Assembly (NCBI GenBank): GCA_963706595.1
Contig: OY970166.1
Span: 2,240,001-2,304,000 of the forward strand
Direction: 5' to 3'
DNA: 64,000 bases
From: an uncultured cyanobacterium
Lineage (GTDB): Bacteria; Cyanobacteriota; Cyanobacteriia; Cyanobacteriales; Nostocaceae
The notes beneath the pieces are model-generated. The model made no database searches and was not told where the DNA came from. It was given only the letters and a program-made list of their open reading frames with translations. Every line of letters begins with the position of its first letter. The stretch's first letter is position 1. This document shows positions 42,568-53,631 of this stretch, piece after piece. Both the position numbers and the translations under genes were made by a program.

Positions 42568-43404
42568 TCAACCTTTGCCGCCGGTGAATGTCGCACCTTG
42601 AATAAAGTAACGGTTAAAAAAGGCATAAATGCCTAAAGCTGGGAAGGTAAACATCATCGAAGCGGCCATAATATAATTCCAATAGCTGATATATTGCCCT
42701 TTAAAGCTATTCAAGCCCAAAGGTAGGGTAAACATTTCTGGGTCGAAGAGGATGACGATGGGGAGTAGAAAATTATTCCAACTACTCATGAAGACAAAAA
42801 CCGCTTGGGCTGCGAGGGCGGGTTTGGCTAGAGGTAAGACAATATGCCGAAAAATTCCCAAGGTATTTAAACCATCTAATTGACCTGCTTCTTCTAATTC
42901 TTGAGGAAAATTTACAAAGAATTGCCGCATCATAAAGATGAAGGTGGCGTTAACCATCGCCGGAACAATCATGCCTTGGTAGGAATTTAGCCAGCCAATG
43001 GCTTTTAAAATTAAGAATGTGGGAATGAGGGTGATTTGTGTGGGTACTGCTAGTAATGCCAAAATTAAGAAGAACCAGAAGCGTTTACCGACAAAACTCA
43101 GTCTGGCTAAAGCATACCCGGCCATGGAATTAAATAGTAAGTTTAAGAGGGTGACGCTAACGGCGATGAAGACACTGTTAAAAAACCATCGCCAAAATAA
43201 GGGTTCTTGGACAAATATCTGTCTGTAATTATCAAGGGTGAAATTTTGGGGGAAAAAATTTAATTCTCCACTGATAATTTCTGATAGGGGTTTAAAGGAT
43301 GCGGAAAGCGCCCACAGGAAAGGAATTAATGTGATAACTGCGTATAGGGTGAGGACAAGATATAACAGGACTTTTAACCAAGGGAAACGGGAAATATTAG
43401 TCAT
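42568..43404 (-). CDS. Carbohydrate ABC transporter permease (MalG type)
   Basis: MAGYALAR, ELEEAGQLDG, WNNFLLP. Confidence 0.9.
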   Translation of the reverse strand: MTNISRFPWLKVLLYLVLTLYAVITLIPFLWALSASFKPLSEIISGELNFFPQNFTLDNYRQIFVQEPLFWRWFFNSVFIAVSVTLLNLLFNSMAGYALARLSFVGKRFWFFLILALLAVPTQITLIPTFLILKAIGWLNSYQGMIVPAMVNATFIFMMRQFFVNFPQELEEAGQLDGLNTLGIFRHIVLPLAKPALAAQAVFVFMSSWNNFLLPIVILFDPEMFTLPLGLNSFKGQYISYWNYIMAASMMFTFPALGIYAFFNRYFIQGATFTGGKG

Positions 43405-44312
43405 GTTTTTTCGCCTCCAAAGATGCGCTGCTGAATCAAGGTGACAGCTATGATGATGACTGCCAACAAAAAGGCGATCGCGGCGGCATATCCCATCTGT
43501 AAATTACGAAATACAGCTTGGTAAATTAGTAGTACCATAGTCAAAGTGGCGTTGTTCGGCCCACCTGTACCACCAGAAAAAATGTAGGACTGATCAAAAA
43601 GTTGAAATGTCCCAATAATTCCGATAGCCACGACAAAAAAAGTCACGGGTTTGAGCAGGGGAATGGTAATATAGATAAACTGTTGCCACCAATTTGCCCC
43701 ATCCAGTTCTGCCGCTTCGTAGAGTTTTTGGGGGATATCTTGCAAAGCTGCCAAGTATATGACCATATAAAATGGTGCAGTTGACCAAATATTCATCATC
43801 ATAATACCTTTGAGTGCCACGGCTGGATCACCCAACCAGTTATAGGTAGGCAAACCCAGAAAAGCCAGAACATGATTTAATAGTCCATCGGTGTTATAAA
43901 TCCACATGAATATCAGCGTCAGTACGGCTGAGGATGTGACTGTGGGTAAAAAGAATAATATCCGCCAGGAGTTTTTTCCCCGAATGCCAGAGTTAAGGGT
44001 TACAGCCAGTAATAAAGCTAATATGGTTTGAGTTGGGACAACGATGGCGACATATTCGGCTGTATTTCTCAAAGCAATTCCCACGCGTTCATCTTCAACT
44101 AAGCGGGTAAAATTGCGAAAGCCGATGAAGTCGTAGTCAATACCGCCGAGAAGTTGGACTTTGTGCAAGGAGAGAAAAACGGCGTAGATTATGGGTAGAA
44201 TCACAAAACACCCTAAAACCAAGATTGTGGGCATCATAAAGATATACCCAGCTAAGGTTTCGGTAATATTCCCTCTGGGGTTTATTCGCCGTCTTTGAAT
44301 TGGCAGCACCAT
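43401..44312 (-). CDS. Carbohydrate ABC transporter permease (MalF type)
   Basis: LYEAAELDGA, FQLFDQ; likely start 44312 (ORF opens at 44384); 4-nt overlap with the next gene. Confidence 0.9.
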   Translation of the reverse strand: MVLPIQRRRINPRGNITETLAGYIFMMPTILVLGCFVILPIIYAVFLSLHKVQLLGGIDYDFIGFRNFTRLVEDERVGIALRNTAEYVAIVVPTQTILALLLAVTLNSGIRGKNSWRILFFLPTVTSSAVLTLIFMWIYNTDGLLNHVLAFLGLPTYNWLGDPAVALKGIMMMNIWSTAPFYMVIYLAALQDIPQKLYEAAELDGANWWQQFIYITIPLLKPVTFFVVAIGIIGTFQLFDQSYIFSGGTGGPNNATLTMVLLIYQAVFRNLQMGYAAAIAFLLAVIIIAVTLIQQRIFGGEKT

Positions 44313-44499
44313 TGAACTTTCCTGTAGTTTAGTGTCAAACTGGTGGTGGCGATGGGCAAAGCCCCGCCTCCGGCGATCGCGCAAGGGCTGACTTGTCAGT
44401 TCGCTCGTGGATAATTTTCGATGGTAGCTTGAGTCAGAAGCCCAGAAATATATCTAAATGCTGTTTTTGCTATGGTTGGAAGTAGGGATTTTTGGTTAA

Positions 44500-44752
44500 T
44501 TCTGCGTCAACCAGTAGGTGTTTTTTTGAACATTGAAAATTTTACGCCTGAAATCCTTACCTCGTCTGGCTTTCAACCCTCTCATACCTAAATTGAGGTT
44601 GACGCAAACTCCCAAACCCTTGCTATGAAAGCTTTTAAGCTATTTTAAAAATGTCTCTCTTGACAACCCAATCGCTGAAAAGCTATATTCATTTTAGGTT
44701 GACGGAACAGAACCTTGAAAACCAAATATATCAATGCTTCCAGATGCGGTCC
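44500..44752 (+). promoter_or_regulatory. CRISPR leader with sigma70-type promoter
   Basis: AT-rich; TTGACA (44660)-18 nt-TATATT (44684); repeated GGTTGACG motifs; abuts the first repeat. Confidence 0.65.
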
Positions 44753-46248
44753 ATTGCAATTACAAATAATCCCTATCAGGGATTGAAACATAATTTAAAT
44801 AAGAGGTGAGTAAGTTTTCTGATTATTGCAATTACAAATAATCCCTATCAGGGATTGAAACACTCTCTAAAATTTCATCATTTGATAGTATGGTCATTGC
44901 AATTACAAATAATCCCTATCAGGGATTGAAACTCATGGGTATCGAATTATCACAGCTAGAAGTACAAAATTGCAATTACAAATAATCCCTATCAGGGATT
45001 GAAACGAGCAAAAATAATACCCTCGCGCTGCTACGAACAGATTGCAATTACAAATAATCCCTATCAGGGATTGAAACCTCAAATTACTTTTTGGGGAACC
45101 ACTAGAACAATATTGCAATTACAAATAATCCCTATCAGGGATTGAAACATCTTGGTGGCTCAAGTCATACTGATTTTTATTCATTGCAATTACAAATAAT
45201 CCCTATCAGGGATTGAAACTTCAACTTTTTTTATCTGCGTAGAATTACTCGAATATTGCAATTACAAATAATCCCTATCAGGGATTGAAACCTGGATGTA
45301 TGTATGTTTGTGAAGTAGAGGTGAATTGCAATTACAAATAATCCCTATCAGGGATTGAAACTTCCTGGATATGCCAATATCTTTTTACTAATTAATATTG
45401 CAATTACAAATAATCCCTATCAGGGATTGAAACGGATAGCTTGCTGATAAAGGTAGTTTGACGACGGTGTACAAATTGCAATTACAAATAATCCCTATCA
45501 GGGATTGAAACGTTAGTGAGTGACTGAGTTGATTGCTTCTGTAACTGATTATTGCAATTACAAATAATCCCTATCAGGGATTGAAACTGATTTGTGTGAT
45601 ACAATTAAGTATAGCTTGAATCGCATTGCAATTACAAATAATCCCTATCAGGGATTGAAACTATTAGCTATTCCCTTACGAATTTAGATGTATGCGATCA
45701 TTGCAATTACAAATAATCCCTATCAGGGATTGAAACTTTTTCGTGGGCATCCCCATGTAGTCGATGATAGATTGCAATTACAAATAATCCCTATCAGGGA
45801 TTGAAACCAAAAAGCCTCCAAGCAATATGACAATGCTTCTAAAGAATTGCAATTACAAATAATCCCTATCAGGGATTGAAACCACGGCAAAAAAACCCAT
45901 TCACTACAAAAATCAATTGCAATTACAAATAATCCCTATCAGGGATTGAAACAAGCGGTACAAAGATGAAGCTCCCTCCTTGCCAACGAATTGCAATTAC
46001 AAATAATCCCTATCAGGGATTGAAACATGGTATTAAAACCTTTTTAATTAACAGGCTGGTTCTTCCCAATTGCAATTACAAATAATCCCTATCAGGGATT
46101 GAAACCAACCTCAACCGACAACAAATCAATTTCGTCATCAGATTGCAATTACAAATAATCCCTATCAGGGATTGAAACTCTACTTGCCAAGGAACTACAA
46201 ATAGTTGAAAACATTGCAATTACAAATAATCCCTATCAGGGATTGAAC
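44753..46248 (+). CRISPR. CRISPR array, 21 repeats / 20 spacers, no cas genes in window
   Basis: 37-nt repeat ATTGCAATTACAAATAATCCCTATCAGGGATTGAAAC (internal AATCCCT/AGGGATT hairpin, 3' GAAAC); spacers 33-42 nt; last repeat degenerate (GAAC); resembles Nostocales type I-D-associated repeats. Confidence 0.98.
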
Positions 46249-46361
46249 TCTTATCTTTGCGCCTTTGCGCCTTTGCGCGAAACAAATCCATATTTTCCTA
46301 CAAAGCAAAAAAACTCTAACTCTCTCTCTGCGCCTCTGCGCCTGGTGCGTGAGGTAATAAT

Positions 46362-47615
46362 TTATTCCCTAGCACGAATTTGCTGATTAGCGGCATTTTG
46401 CGCCCGTAGCATCGCAGACTTTAAAGATTGTTGACCAAGCAAAGCACTAAGAAACTGATTATCAAAATTATTAGCGATCGCACCGGGATATTTACCCAAC
46501 TGCCACTTAGTAGCATAATCAACACCAGCCACGAGAGGCGATCGCAAAGCATCCCGATCATAACCCAACTTAGCCGCCACCGATTTCCGTGTAGGCAAAG
46601 CAAACCCCGTACCCGTCCATTTTGCCATTCCTTCCTTACCCGTCAGAAAAGAAATCAACTCCCAAGCTTCGGCCTTATGCTGTGACTGCTGATTCATCAC
46701 ATAAGCCACAGTAAAAACCATCGTACCTTTTTTATCATTAATAGTAGGTATTTCTGCCGTCGCAAACTCCAATTGCGGAAAAGTTGTTTCTAAATAAGGA
46801 ATAGCCCAATTACCCTCAATCACCATTCCCACACGACCTTGACCAAACATTTCCGTCCCTGAATTAGTCCCAACATCACTAGCTTGGGCAGATGTGCGGT
46901 CTTTTTGATACTGGTCTATCACCAACTGCAAACCCTGCAAACCTTCATTACTCGCAAAAGCCGCATTACCATTTTCATCAACCACTTTTCCCCCAAAAGC
47001 CGCAATTTTGTAAGCTTGATAACTCAACTTTGGACTAACTCCAAAGCCATATCTGTTCATTTTCCCGGTCAATTTTTGGGAATAGCTGCGTAATTCATCC
47101 CAAGTCGTGGGAGGACGGCTGAAACCTGCGGCGGCAAAAGCCTTTTTGTTATAAAATAGTGCCAAAGTGGAATAATCTTTCGGCAGACCATAGATATAAT
47201 TTTGGGATTTAAAATTATCCAACAAGCTCTGCTCAAAGTCTTCTAGGTCAAATTCGGGGGTAATGTAAGAATTCAACGGTTCTAGGATATTCTGGCTCAT
47301 GAAGAAAGGCGCTTCTAAGGATTCCAGATAGAAGACATCCGGCGCAGCTTCACCGATTAATCTGGTGGTGATTACATCCATGTATTGGTCAGAGATGACC
47401 TCATATCTGACCTTGATATTTGGATGCTGTGCTTCAAAGTCTTGTAATAACTGTTTTAATAATTTTTGTTCTACCGGATTCCCAGCCCAACCGCTAAGTT
47501 TGATGGTGACGGCGTTGGTTGGGTGCTTTGGTAGTAGGAAATTTTGGCAACTAATAATGGCGATCGCGATCGCTATTACCAGTCCCAAAAATCGCACCCA
47601 GCTTTTTTTGTTCAC
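46362..47615 (-). CDS. Sugar ABC transporter substrate-binding lipoprotein
   Basis: Lipobox IISC, APDVFY, YGLPKD, LFYNKKAF, PPTTWDEL. Confidence 0.9.
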   Translation of the reverse strand: MNKKSWVRFLGLVIAIAIAIISCQNFLLPKHPTNAVTIKLSGWAGNPVEQKLLKQLLQDFEAQHPNIKVRYEVISDQYMDVITTRLIGEAAPDVFYLESLEAPFFMSQNILEPLNSYITPEFDLEDFEQSLLDNFKSQNYIYGLPKDYSTLALFYNKKAFAAAGFSRPPTTWDELRSYSQKLTGKMNRYGFGVSPKLSYQAYKIAAFGGKVVDENGNAAFASNEGLQGLQLVIDQYQKDRTSAQASDVGTNSGTEMFGQGRVGMVIEGNWAIPYLETTFPQLEFATAEIPTINDKKGTMVFTVAYVMNQQSQHKAEAWELISFLTGKEGMAKWTGTGFALPTRKSVAAKLGYDRDALRSPLVAGVDYATKWQLGKYPGAIANNFDNQFLSALLGQQSLKSAMLRAQNAANQQIRARE

Positions 47616-47910
47616 AAACAGATGCCAGTTTTTTCATCTATTTTATTCTAAAATCTGGTTCAGATCAGAATAATTAAACGCCGATAAACGCCGATAAATT
47701 CAGACGTTTGATGGTTTTGTTGGGGTTTTTTCCGATAATCTCCCCTTAAATGAACCCTATGCCTTATATCTTTTAGGGGGGATGAGGGACTAGGTAAGTC
47801 AATTTTGGATTTTGGATTCGCGTTAGCGCCGTGAGTATTTTAGATTAAACTTCAATCTAAAATCTAAAATTCCTATTCCCCACTCCCCACTCCCCACTCC
47901 CCACTCCCTT

Positions 47911-48861
47911 CTATTCAGCGACTGTAGAAGTCAAGCTCATGGTTTCCCACATTACCATGGGGTGTGTAGTTGGTAGGGGTTGGTGCAAAGCAATTAGCTG
48001 GGTTAGGGTATTTTTTAATTGCGTGCGGGATACAATATCATCTACAAATCCATGCTTTAACAAATCTTCTGCGGTTTGGAAATCTTCTGGTAGTTTTTCA
48101 CGCAGGGTTTGCTCAATCACTCGCCGACCTGCAAAACCAATGGTTGCTTTGGGTTCTGCAATGATAATATCTCCCAACATGGCAAAACTAGCGGTAACGC
48201 CGCCTGTGGTGGGATTTGTCAAGATGGGAATGTACAGTAATTTAGCTTGACGATGGCGTTCTAAAGCTGCGGAGATTTTAGCCATCTGCATTAAGGAAAG
48301 CATTCCTTCTTGCATTCTCGCTCCACCAGAGGTGCAAATAATGACTACGGGATAGCGTCTTTGAGTTGCTTGTTCAATTAAGCGGGTGAGTTTTTCTCCG
48401 ACGACTGAACCCATACTACCGCCCATAAAGCGGAAATCCATTACACCCAGGGCGATGGGTAAACCGTTGATTTGACCCAAACCGGTTTTAACTGCGTCTA
48501 CTAAACCCAGTTTATCTTCCATTTCCCGCAGGCGATCGCTATAGAGTTTGCGATCGCGAAATTGCAGGGGATCTGTGGGACGCAGATGTTCATCTATTGC
48601 TTGCCAAGTATTAATATCTATCAACTGGCGGATACGCTCATCGCTATCCACTCGATTATGATGTCCACATTCAACGCAGACCATCTGGTTCGCTTTCAGG
48701 TCTTTGGTATAGCTCAATACGCCACATTTGGGACACTTATGCCACAGCCCATCAGCAATTTCCCGTTCTTGGCGTTCTAAGTTGGTAGCTCCTGATTTCC
48801 GTCGATTTGCAAACCAATCTAACAGAGACTTTAAACCACGCGATTCTTCGTTGTTTGCCAT
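47911..48861 (-). CDS. accD: Acetyl-CoA carboxylase carboxyltransferase beta subunit
   Basis: Zn ribbon [41 protein letters not shown]. Confidence 0.97.
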   Translation of the reverse strand: MANNEESRGLKSLLDWFANRRKSGATNLERQEREIADGLWHKCPKCGVLSYTKDLKANQMVCVECGHHNRVDSDERIRQLIDINTWQAIDEHLRPTDPLQFRDRKLYSDRLREMEDKLGLVDAVKTGLGQINGLPIALGVMDFRFMGGSMGSVVGEKLTRLIEQATQRRYPVVIICTSGGARMQEGMLSLMQMAKISAALERHRQAKLLYIPILTNPTTGGVTASFAMLGDIIIAEPKATIGFAGRRVIEQTLREKLPEDFQTAEDLLKHGFVDDIVSRTQLKNTLTQLIALHQPLPTTHPMVMWETMSLTSTVAE

Positions 48862-49402
48862 TTTTATCTTTTTTTTAAGTGGGTATGAGGTTGAAAACAT
48901 ATCAAGCCACTATGGGATGTCCAGGTGAAAAAGTTCTAAGTCTAGAGCAACTTAGTTGTGACTCTTGACCTTTGCTTTTAAAGTCTCCAAATTTGCTCTT
49001 GTACAAATGCAAATAACACCCCATTTTAGCTTTTGACTCTTGACTACATCTCAAATTACGCTTATAAGCAATTCAGACCTGATTTTTTATCTGTGGTTGC
49101 CAGCTTAACGAAAATGCTGATGACAACACAAGCCTCTTGCTATGCTGAATTTTGTCAACTGATTGTCAGAGTCAAGGTCAATTAAACATCAACCCCAAAG
49201 CGAGATGCCCTTTTCTCTAACTAACAGCGAACTTATTACCCCAGATAAATCATTCGGCGTTGCTAGTTTGCGAGCAGTGAGCATCTATGATACAGATTAG
49301 TTATGCTTACCAATGTTTACTCTTGATTAAGAGGGTGATACCAGCCATAAGCTGATATTACCAAAAGGTAAAAGCCGCATGGGGTAATGACGGCTACAAA
49401 GA

Positions 49403-49552
49403 GGCAGGGGAGAAGAGGCAGGGGTGCAGGGGAGAAGAGGCAGGGGTGCAGGGGGCAGGGTGCAGGGGGGAGAAGACGGTAACTTCCCAATGACTAATGA
49501 CCAATGACTAATGACCAATGACTAATGACCAATGACCAATGACTAATGACTA
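49403..49552. repeat. Tandem short repeats (GCAGGGG-type and TGACTAA/TGACCAA heptamers)
   Basis: Visible tandem arrays downstream of pilD. Confidence 0.8.
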
Positions 49553-50380
49553 TTAAAAAAATAATCCCAGGTAGGTAGACAAAATTGCTTCACCACCAAA
49601 TACAGTAATTACTGCGCCTAAAGCTAGAAAAGGTCCAAAAGGTATTTTTTGTCCCACTCTTTCGGGTGATAGTAACATTGCACCACCACCGATGATTACA
49701 CCTACTAAGCAGGCAATAAAGCTGGCTAGCAGCAAATACTTCGGTCCTAACCAAACTCCCATCATGGCGGCTAATTTTGCGTCACCTGCACCCATTGCAG
49801 TTTTACCCAGGGCGATGGAACCGATCATTGCGATCGCATCAAACAGCCATAATCCTAATACTGCTCCCACTATGCCCATCATCAGGTGATTAACTAAGCC
49901 TATCCCACCGCCCTGTGAGAAAAAACCCACAGCCATTTGCAAGCCAATCCCTACAACTAAACCCGATTTAGTCAGGACATTAGGTAAGGTCATGGTATCC
50001 AAGTCAATCAGAGATAACGCCAATAGCCAGCTACAAAAAGCCCAGTAACTTATTGTAATAATTGAAACTTGGAATTCCCAAAATATGATTAAAAAAATTA
50101 TCCCCGTTATCCCCTCTACCACAGGATAACGGATGGAAATCTTGGTTTGACAATAACGGCATCGCCCTCTTAACCATAACCATCCCAGCACCGGCACATT
50201 ATCATGAGCTTTAAGCTGGTTTAAGCAACGAGGACAGCGAGAAGGCGGCCACAAAACAGATAACCTAGCAGGTAATCGATAAACTACAACATTAATAAAG
50301 CTGCCAATAGATGCACCCAGCGCGAAGACAATGATACTCGCCGGGACGACCATCAAAATGTCCATATAGTTCTTTGTCAT
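49553..50380 (-). CDS. pilD: Prepilin peptidase
   Basis: GSFINVVVYRLP, CPRC, CRYC, IDLD, MGAGDAKL, IPFGPFL. Confidence 0.93.
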   Translation of the reverse strand: MTKNYMDILMVVPASIIVFALGASIGSFINVVVYRLPARLSVLWPPSRCPRCLNQLKAHDNVPVLGWLWLRGRCRYCQTKISIRYPVVEGITGIIFLIIFWEFQVSIITISYWAFCSWLLALSLIDLDTMTLPNVLTKSGLVVGIGLQMAVGFFSQGGGIGLVNHLMMGIVGAVLGLWLFDAIAMIGSIALGKTAMGAGDAKLAAMMGVWLGPKYLLLASFIACLVGVIIGGGAMLLSPERVGQKIPFGPFLALGAVITVFGGEAILSTYLGLFF

Positions 50381-50536
50381 TTTGCATACACTACTCTAGC
50401 CTTAGTTTCTGTTTTTTCACAGCAACGTGAAGACTTTTTCCGAGAGTATATGTCTGGTCTCAAAATTTAATCATTGACAAATGACCAATGATTTACCCTG
50501 AGCGTAGCCGAAGGGCTAATGACCAATGACCAAGGA

Positions 50537-50798
50537 CTAATACGTATGTGATTCAATTTGACTTAATGGGACAAAACATTCTTGCGGTAAAAGTAACTGG
50601 TTGCTGAGTGAAAATCACTTTACCGCGATGAGTAATGTGATTAATTGCTACACCTGAAGGTTGTCCAGCTATTTCAGGATGTACTTCACAGTGGATGTAA
50701 TAAATCTGCCCGGCTGCTCTGATTAAGGCTGGATCAATCAAAGGAGACTGGTTTTTAGGGGCAGTAAATTTTGTTTGTTCTTGTCGTAATGCGTACAC
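50537..50798 (-). CDS. Small cyanobacterial hypothetical protein, probable +1 frameshift near 50595
   Basis: ORF 50553-50798; removing one T gives ...FTQQPVLLPQECFVPLSQIESHTY* ending at 50537, a more plausible end. Confidence 0.55.
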
Positions 50799-50899
50799 TA
50801 TCGACTGTTATATAAATTGCTAGATTTGTCTTTAGTTTATCTGATACATTCAGATAAAGTTGCCAAATTGCCAAATTAAGGCCAAATTAAGGCGGAAAT

Positions 50900-51988
50900 T
50901 TATGATTTTTCCAGAGCGCTAATTAATGATTCCCCCATAGCGCCACAACCTAAAAGATTCATGCCAGGGGACATAATATCACCTGTGCGATCGCCTTGGG
51001 CTAAAACTTGCAATACAGCTTGTTCCATTTTGTCTGCCGCTTTTGATTGGTCTAACCCGTAGCGTAACATCATGGCGGCGCTTAAAACCTGAGCCAGAGG
51101 ATTTGCTTTATCCTGTCCGGCGATATCGGGGGCGGAACCGTGGACTGGTTCAAAGACACCAGGGCCAGAAGCACCCAAACTAGCAGATGGTAACATCCCA
51201 ATACTACCAGTCAGCATGGCAGCAGCATCTGAGAGAATATCACCAAATAAATTGCCTGTGACAATAGTATCAAACTGCTTAGGAGCGCGTACCAATTGCA
51301 TGGCGGCGTTATCGACGTAGAGGTGAGATAATTCCACATCGGGATATTCTGTTGCTAGTTCCGTGATGCGATCGCGCCACAACTGTGATACTTCTAAGAC
51401 ATTGGCTTTATCTACAGAACAGAGTCTTCCCCCACGTTTCCGAGCTGCTTCAAAGGCGACGCGCCCAATGCGGTCAATTTCTGACTCTGTGTAAACCATT
51501 GTATTCACACCCCGTTTTTCTCCGGTATCAGTAGCAAAAATCCCCTTGGGCTGACCAAAATAAATCCCACCAGTGAGTTCGCGCACCACCATAATATCTA
51601 CCCCTTCCACAACTTCCCGTTTTAAAGTAGAAGCGTCAATTAATTGGGGCAAAATTTGGGCTGGGCGGAGATTGGCAAATAATCCTAATCCCGCACGCAG
51701 TCCCAACAAACCTGCTTCTGGGCGTAAATTCGATGGTAGAGAATCCCACTTATAACCCCCAATAGCAGCCAGTAGAATCGCATCACTATTGCGACAAGTA
51801 TCTAGGGTAGCAGCTGGTAGGGGTTCGCCTGTAGCGTCAATTGCTGCACCACCAATCAGGGCTTCGGAAAACTCAAATTGCAGGTCAAATTGTTTACCGA
51901 CAACTTTTAGCACGTCTACCGCTACGGCCATAATTTCGGGACCAATGCCATCGCCGGGGAGTAGAGTAATGCGGTAGTTCTGTGTCAT
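50900..51988 (-). CDS. leuB: 3-isopropylmalate dehydrogenase
   Basis: [47 protein letters not shown]. Confidence 0.97.
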   Translation of the reverse strand: MTQNYRITLLPGDGIGPEIMAVAVDVLKVVGKQFDLQFEFSEALIGGAAIDATGEPLPAATLDTCRNSDAILLAAIGGYKWDSLPSNLRPEAGLLGLRAGLGLFANLRPAQILPQLIDASTLKREVVEGVDIMVVRELTGGIYFGQPKGIFATDTGEKRGVNTMVYTESEIDRIGRVAFEAARKRGGRLCSVDKANVLEVSQLWRDRITELATEYPDVELSHLYVDNAAMQLVRAPKQFDTIVTGNLFGDILSDAAAMLTGSIGMLPSASLGASGPGVFEPVHGSAPDIAGQDKANPLAQVLSAAMMLRYGLDQSKAADKMEQAVLQVLAQGDRTGDIMSPGMNLLGCGAMGESLISALEKS

Positions 51989-52035
51989 AGTTAATTTTTA
52001 TCAGGTAAATGCTTGTCGATTCAATATCATACTAT

Positions 52036-52133
52036 GGCGGTATGCAATTGAATGAACTAGATCATAGCCCCCTCCTCGCTTGCGGGGAGGGGGTTGGGGG
52101 TGGGGTTCTATCTCACTTAACTGATAACCGCTA
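52036..52133. mobile_element. MITE-like repeat (GCGGTATGCA...GATAACCGCTA ends)
   Basis: Same ends as 57202-57300; interior CCCCCTCCTCGCTTGCGGGGAGGGG hairpin also at about 38461. Confidence 0.6.
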
Positions 52134-52210
52134 TTAATTAAAATACAAAAGTGCGCTGCCATGCTAGACAACGCACCATTTTAATATCACAGATAAAATC
52201 CAGCTAAATC

Positions 52211-53083
52211 CTACACACGCGCTAAAACTGGCTCAGGCTGCGCGACGCTGACAGTAGTTGTATCTGATTCTGTGCAGTAAATTTCACAGGAATTATTGGG
52301 ACTTTCAATCAGTTTGATTTTGTACAGCGTAGCACCCAATTCTTGAATAGGCGATCGCAATAAATTACTAATGTAAAGTGCGATATTCTCAGCAGTGGGG
52401 ACAACTTCCGCAAAGAAAGGGATATCTTTGTTTAAAAAAGTGTGGTCGAATGCTTCTAGCACATAATCTTCCACAGCTTGATTTAAAGCCCCTAAATCCA
52501 CAATCATCCCCGTGCGTGGATCAATTTGTCCTTTCACAGTGACTTCTAAATGGTAATTATGTCCGTGACCATGAGGACGGGCGCACTTACCATAAATTTG
52601 CGAATTTTCTTCGTTACTCAGTTGAGGATGAGCCAACCGATGGGCGGCGCTAAAGTGAGTACTGATGCTGAGGTAAGCTTCCATGTCGTCTCCTATATAA
52701 TCTGCCCAAAGTTCAGGATGTTCAAATAACTGCACACGCACTAAGGGTAAATGCGGTACTAGACGCTGCCAAATCACCCGTGCAATATTTTCAGTCGTGG
52801 GTAAAGTTTCTTGAAATTCTGCCCACACATCATTGAGGTAAGAATAGTCTAGTTGGCTGGTAACTTCGTGCTTAATTACGTGTTTCACATCAGACAAGTT
52901 AAGTACCATGCCATATTTATCCAATTCTCCAGCCAGGGAGATAAATAAAACATAGTTGTGTCCATGTCCGGGAAATCTAGAACCAGCACCAAATTTCTCA
53001 GTATTTTCTGCCTCACTCAGTTCTGGTAAGAAATACCGATGACTAGCTGAAAACTGAGCGCGACGATTAACAATACATTGCAT
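52211..53083 (-). CDS. queD: 6-carboxytetrahydropterin / 6-pyruvoyltetrahydropterin synthase (tandem domains)
   Basis: Two PTPS domains: FSASHR..GHGHNY..PTTENIA and FSAAHR..GHGHNY..PTAENIA. Confidence 0.8.
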   Translation of the reverse strand: MQCIVNRRAQFSASHRYFLPELSEAENTEKFGAGSRFPGHGHNYVLFISLAGELDKYGMVLNLSDVKHVIKHEVTSQLDYSYLNDVWAEFQETLPTTENIARVIWQRLVPHLPLVRVQLFEHPELWADYIGDDMEAYLSISTHFSAAHRLAHPQLSNEENSQIYGKCARPHGHGHNYHLEVTVKGQIDPRTGMIVDLGALNQAVEDYVLEAFDHTFLNKDIPFFAEVVPTAENIALYISNLLRSPIQELGATLYKIKLIESPNNSCEIYCTESDTTTVSVAQPEPVLARV

Positions 53084-53631
53084 GAGTATTCTGTAAACTG
53101 AGCTTAAAATTTCTTAACCTTTCACTATTTCCAGCATAAACTATAATTCGTAATTCGGAAACATGGAATACACGCTATGCAGGAATGGCACTAAGATAAC
53201 GGCAAATCCATTATTTATAAGGCTTTTGGGTGTGGGTAATTAAGAAGATGTTGAACTATTGTCTTAAACACTACACCCTACACCTTGCCCTGACGAAGTT
53301 TCCGCTTATATTAGTGCTATTCAAGCATAAGCAAGTTTTATCAGTATTTTTTCTACATTGCTCTTGATTACCTGTTATATTTGACTCGGAAGTGAGTGTC
53401 TTTGTTGAACACTTACCTAACGATGATTTAAAGAAAGATGCGGGCAATATTGGTTTACTTATAGACTAGAAAAAAACCTATCTAACGCAGTATAATAAAA
53501 CACGCTAAAGCAAGATTTGACAAACATCTATTTCCTGTTTGTGAAGATCCTACATTTTTATTAAAACTTCCTTAATTATACTTTAACCCGTATTAACTTT
53601 TTAATCCGTCATTAATAATAGTCCTGCCAAC

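Noticed and set aside
44933..45118. 61-aa ORF with repeated FQSLIGIICNCN
   Set aside because: Translation of CRISPR repeats
44790..46212. Self-targeting spacers within the window
   Set aside because: No match noticed by eye; needs a computational search, so not claimed
49327..49518. 63-aa Pro-rich ORF
   Set aside because: Mostly encoded by tandem short repeats
52211..53083. Tandem-domain QueD/PTPS as a novel fusion or part of a dpd modification island
   Set aside because: Two-domain PTPS is common in cyanobacteria and no dpd/que partners are adjacent
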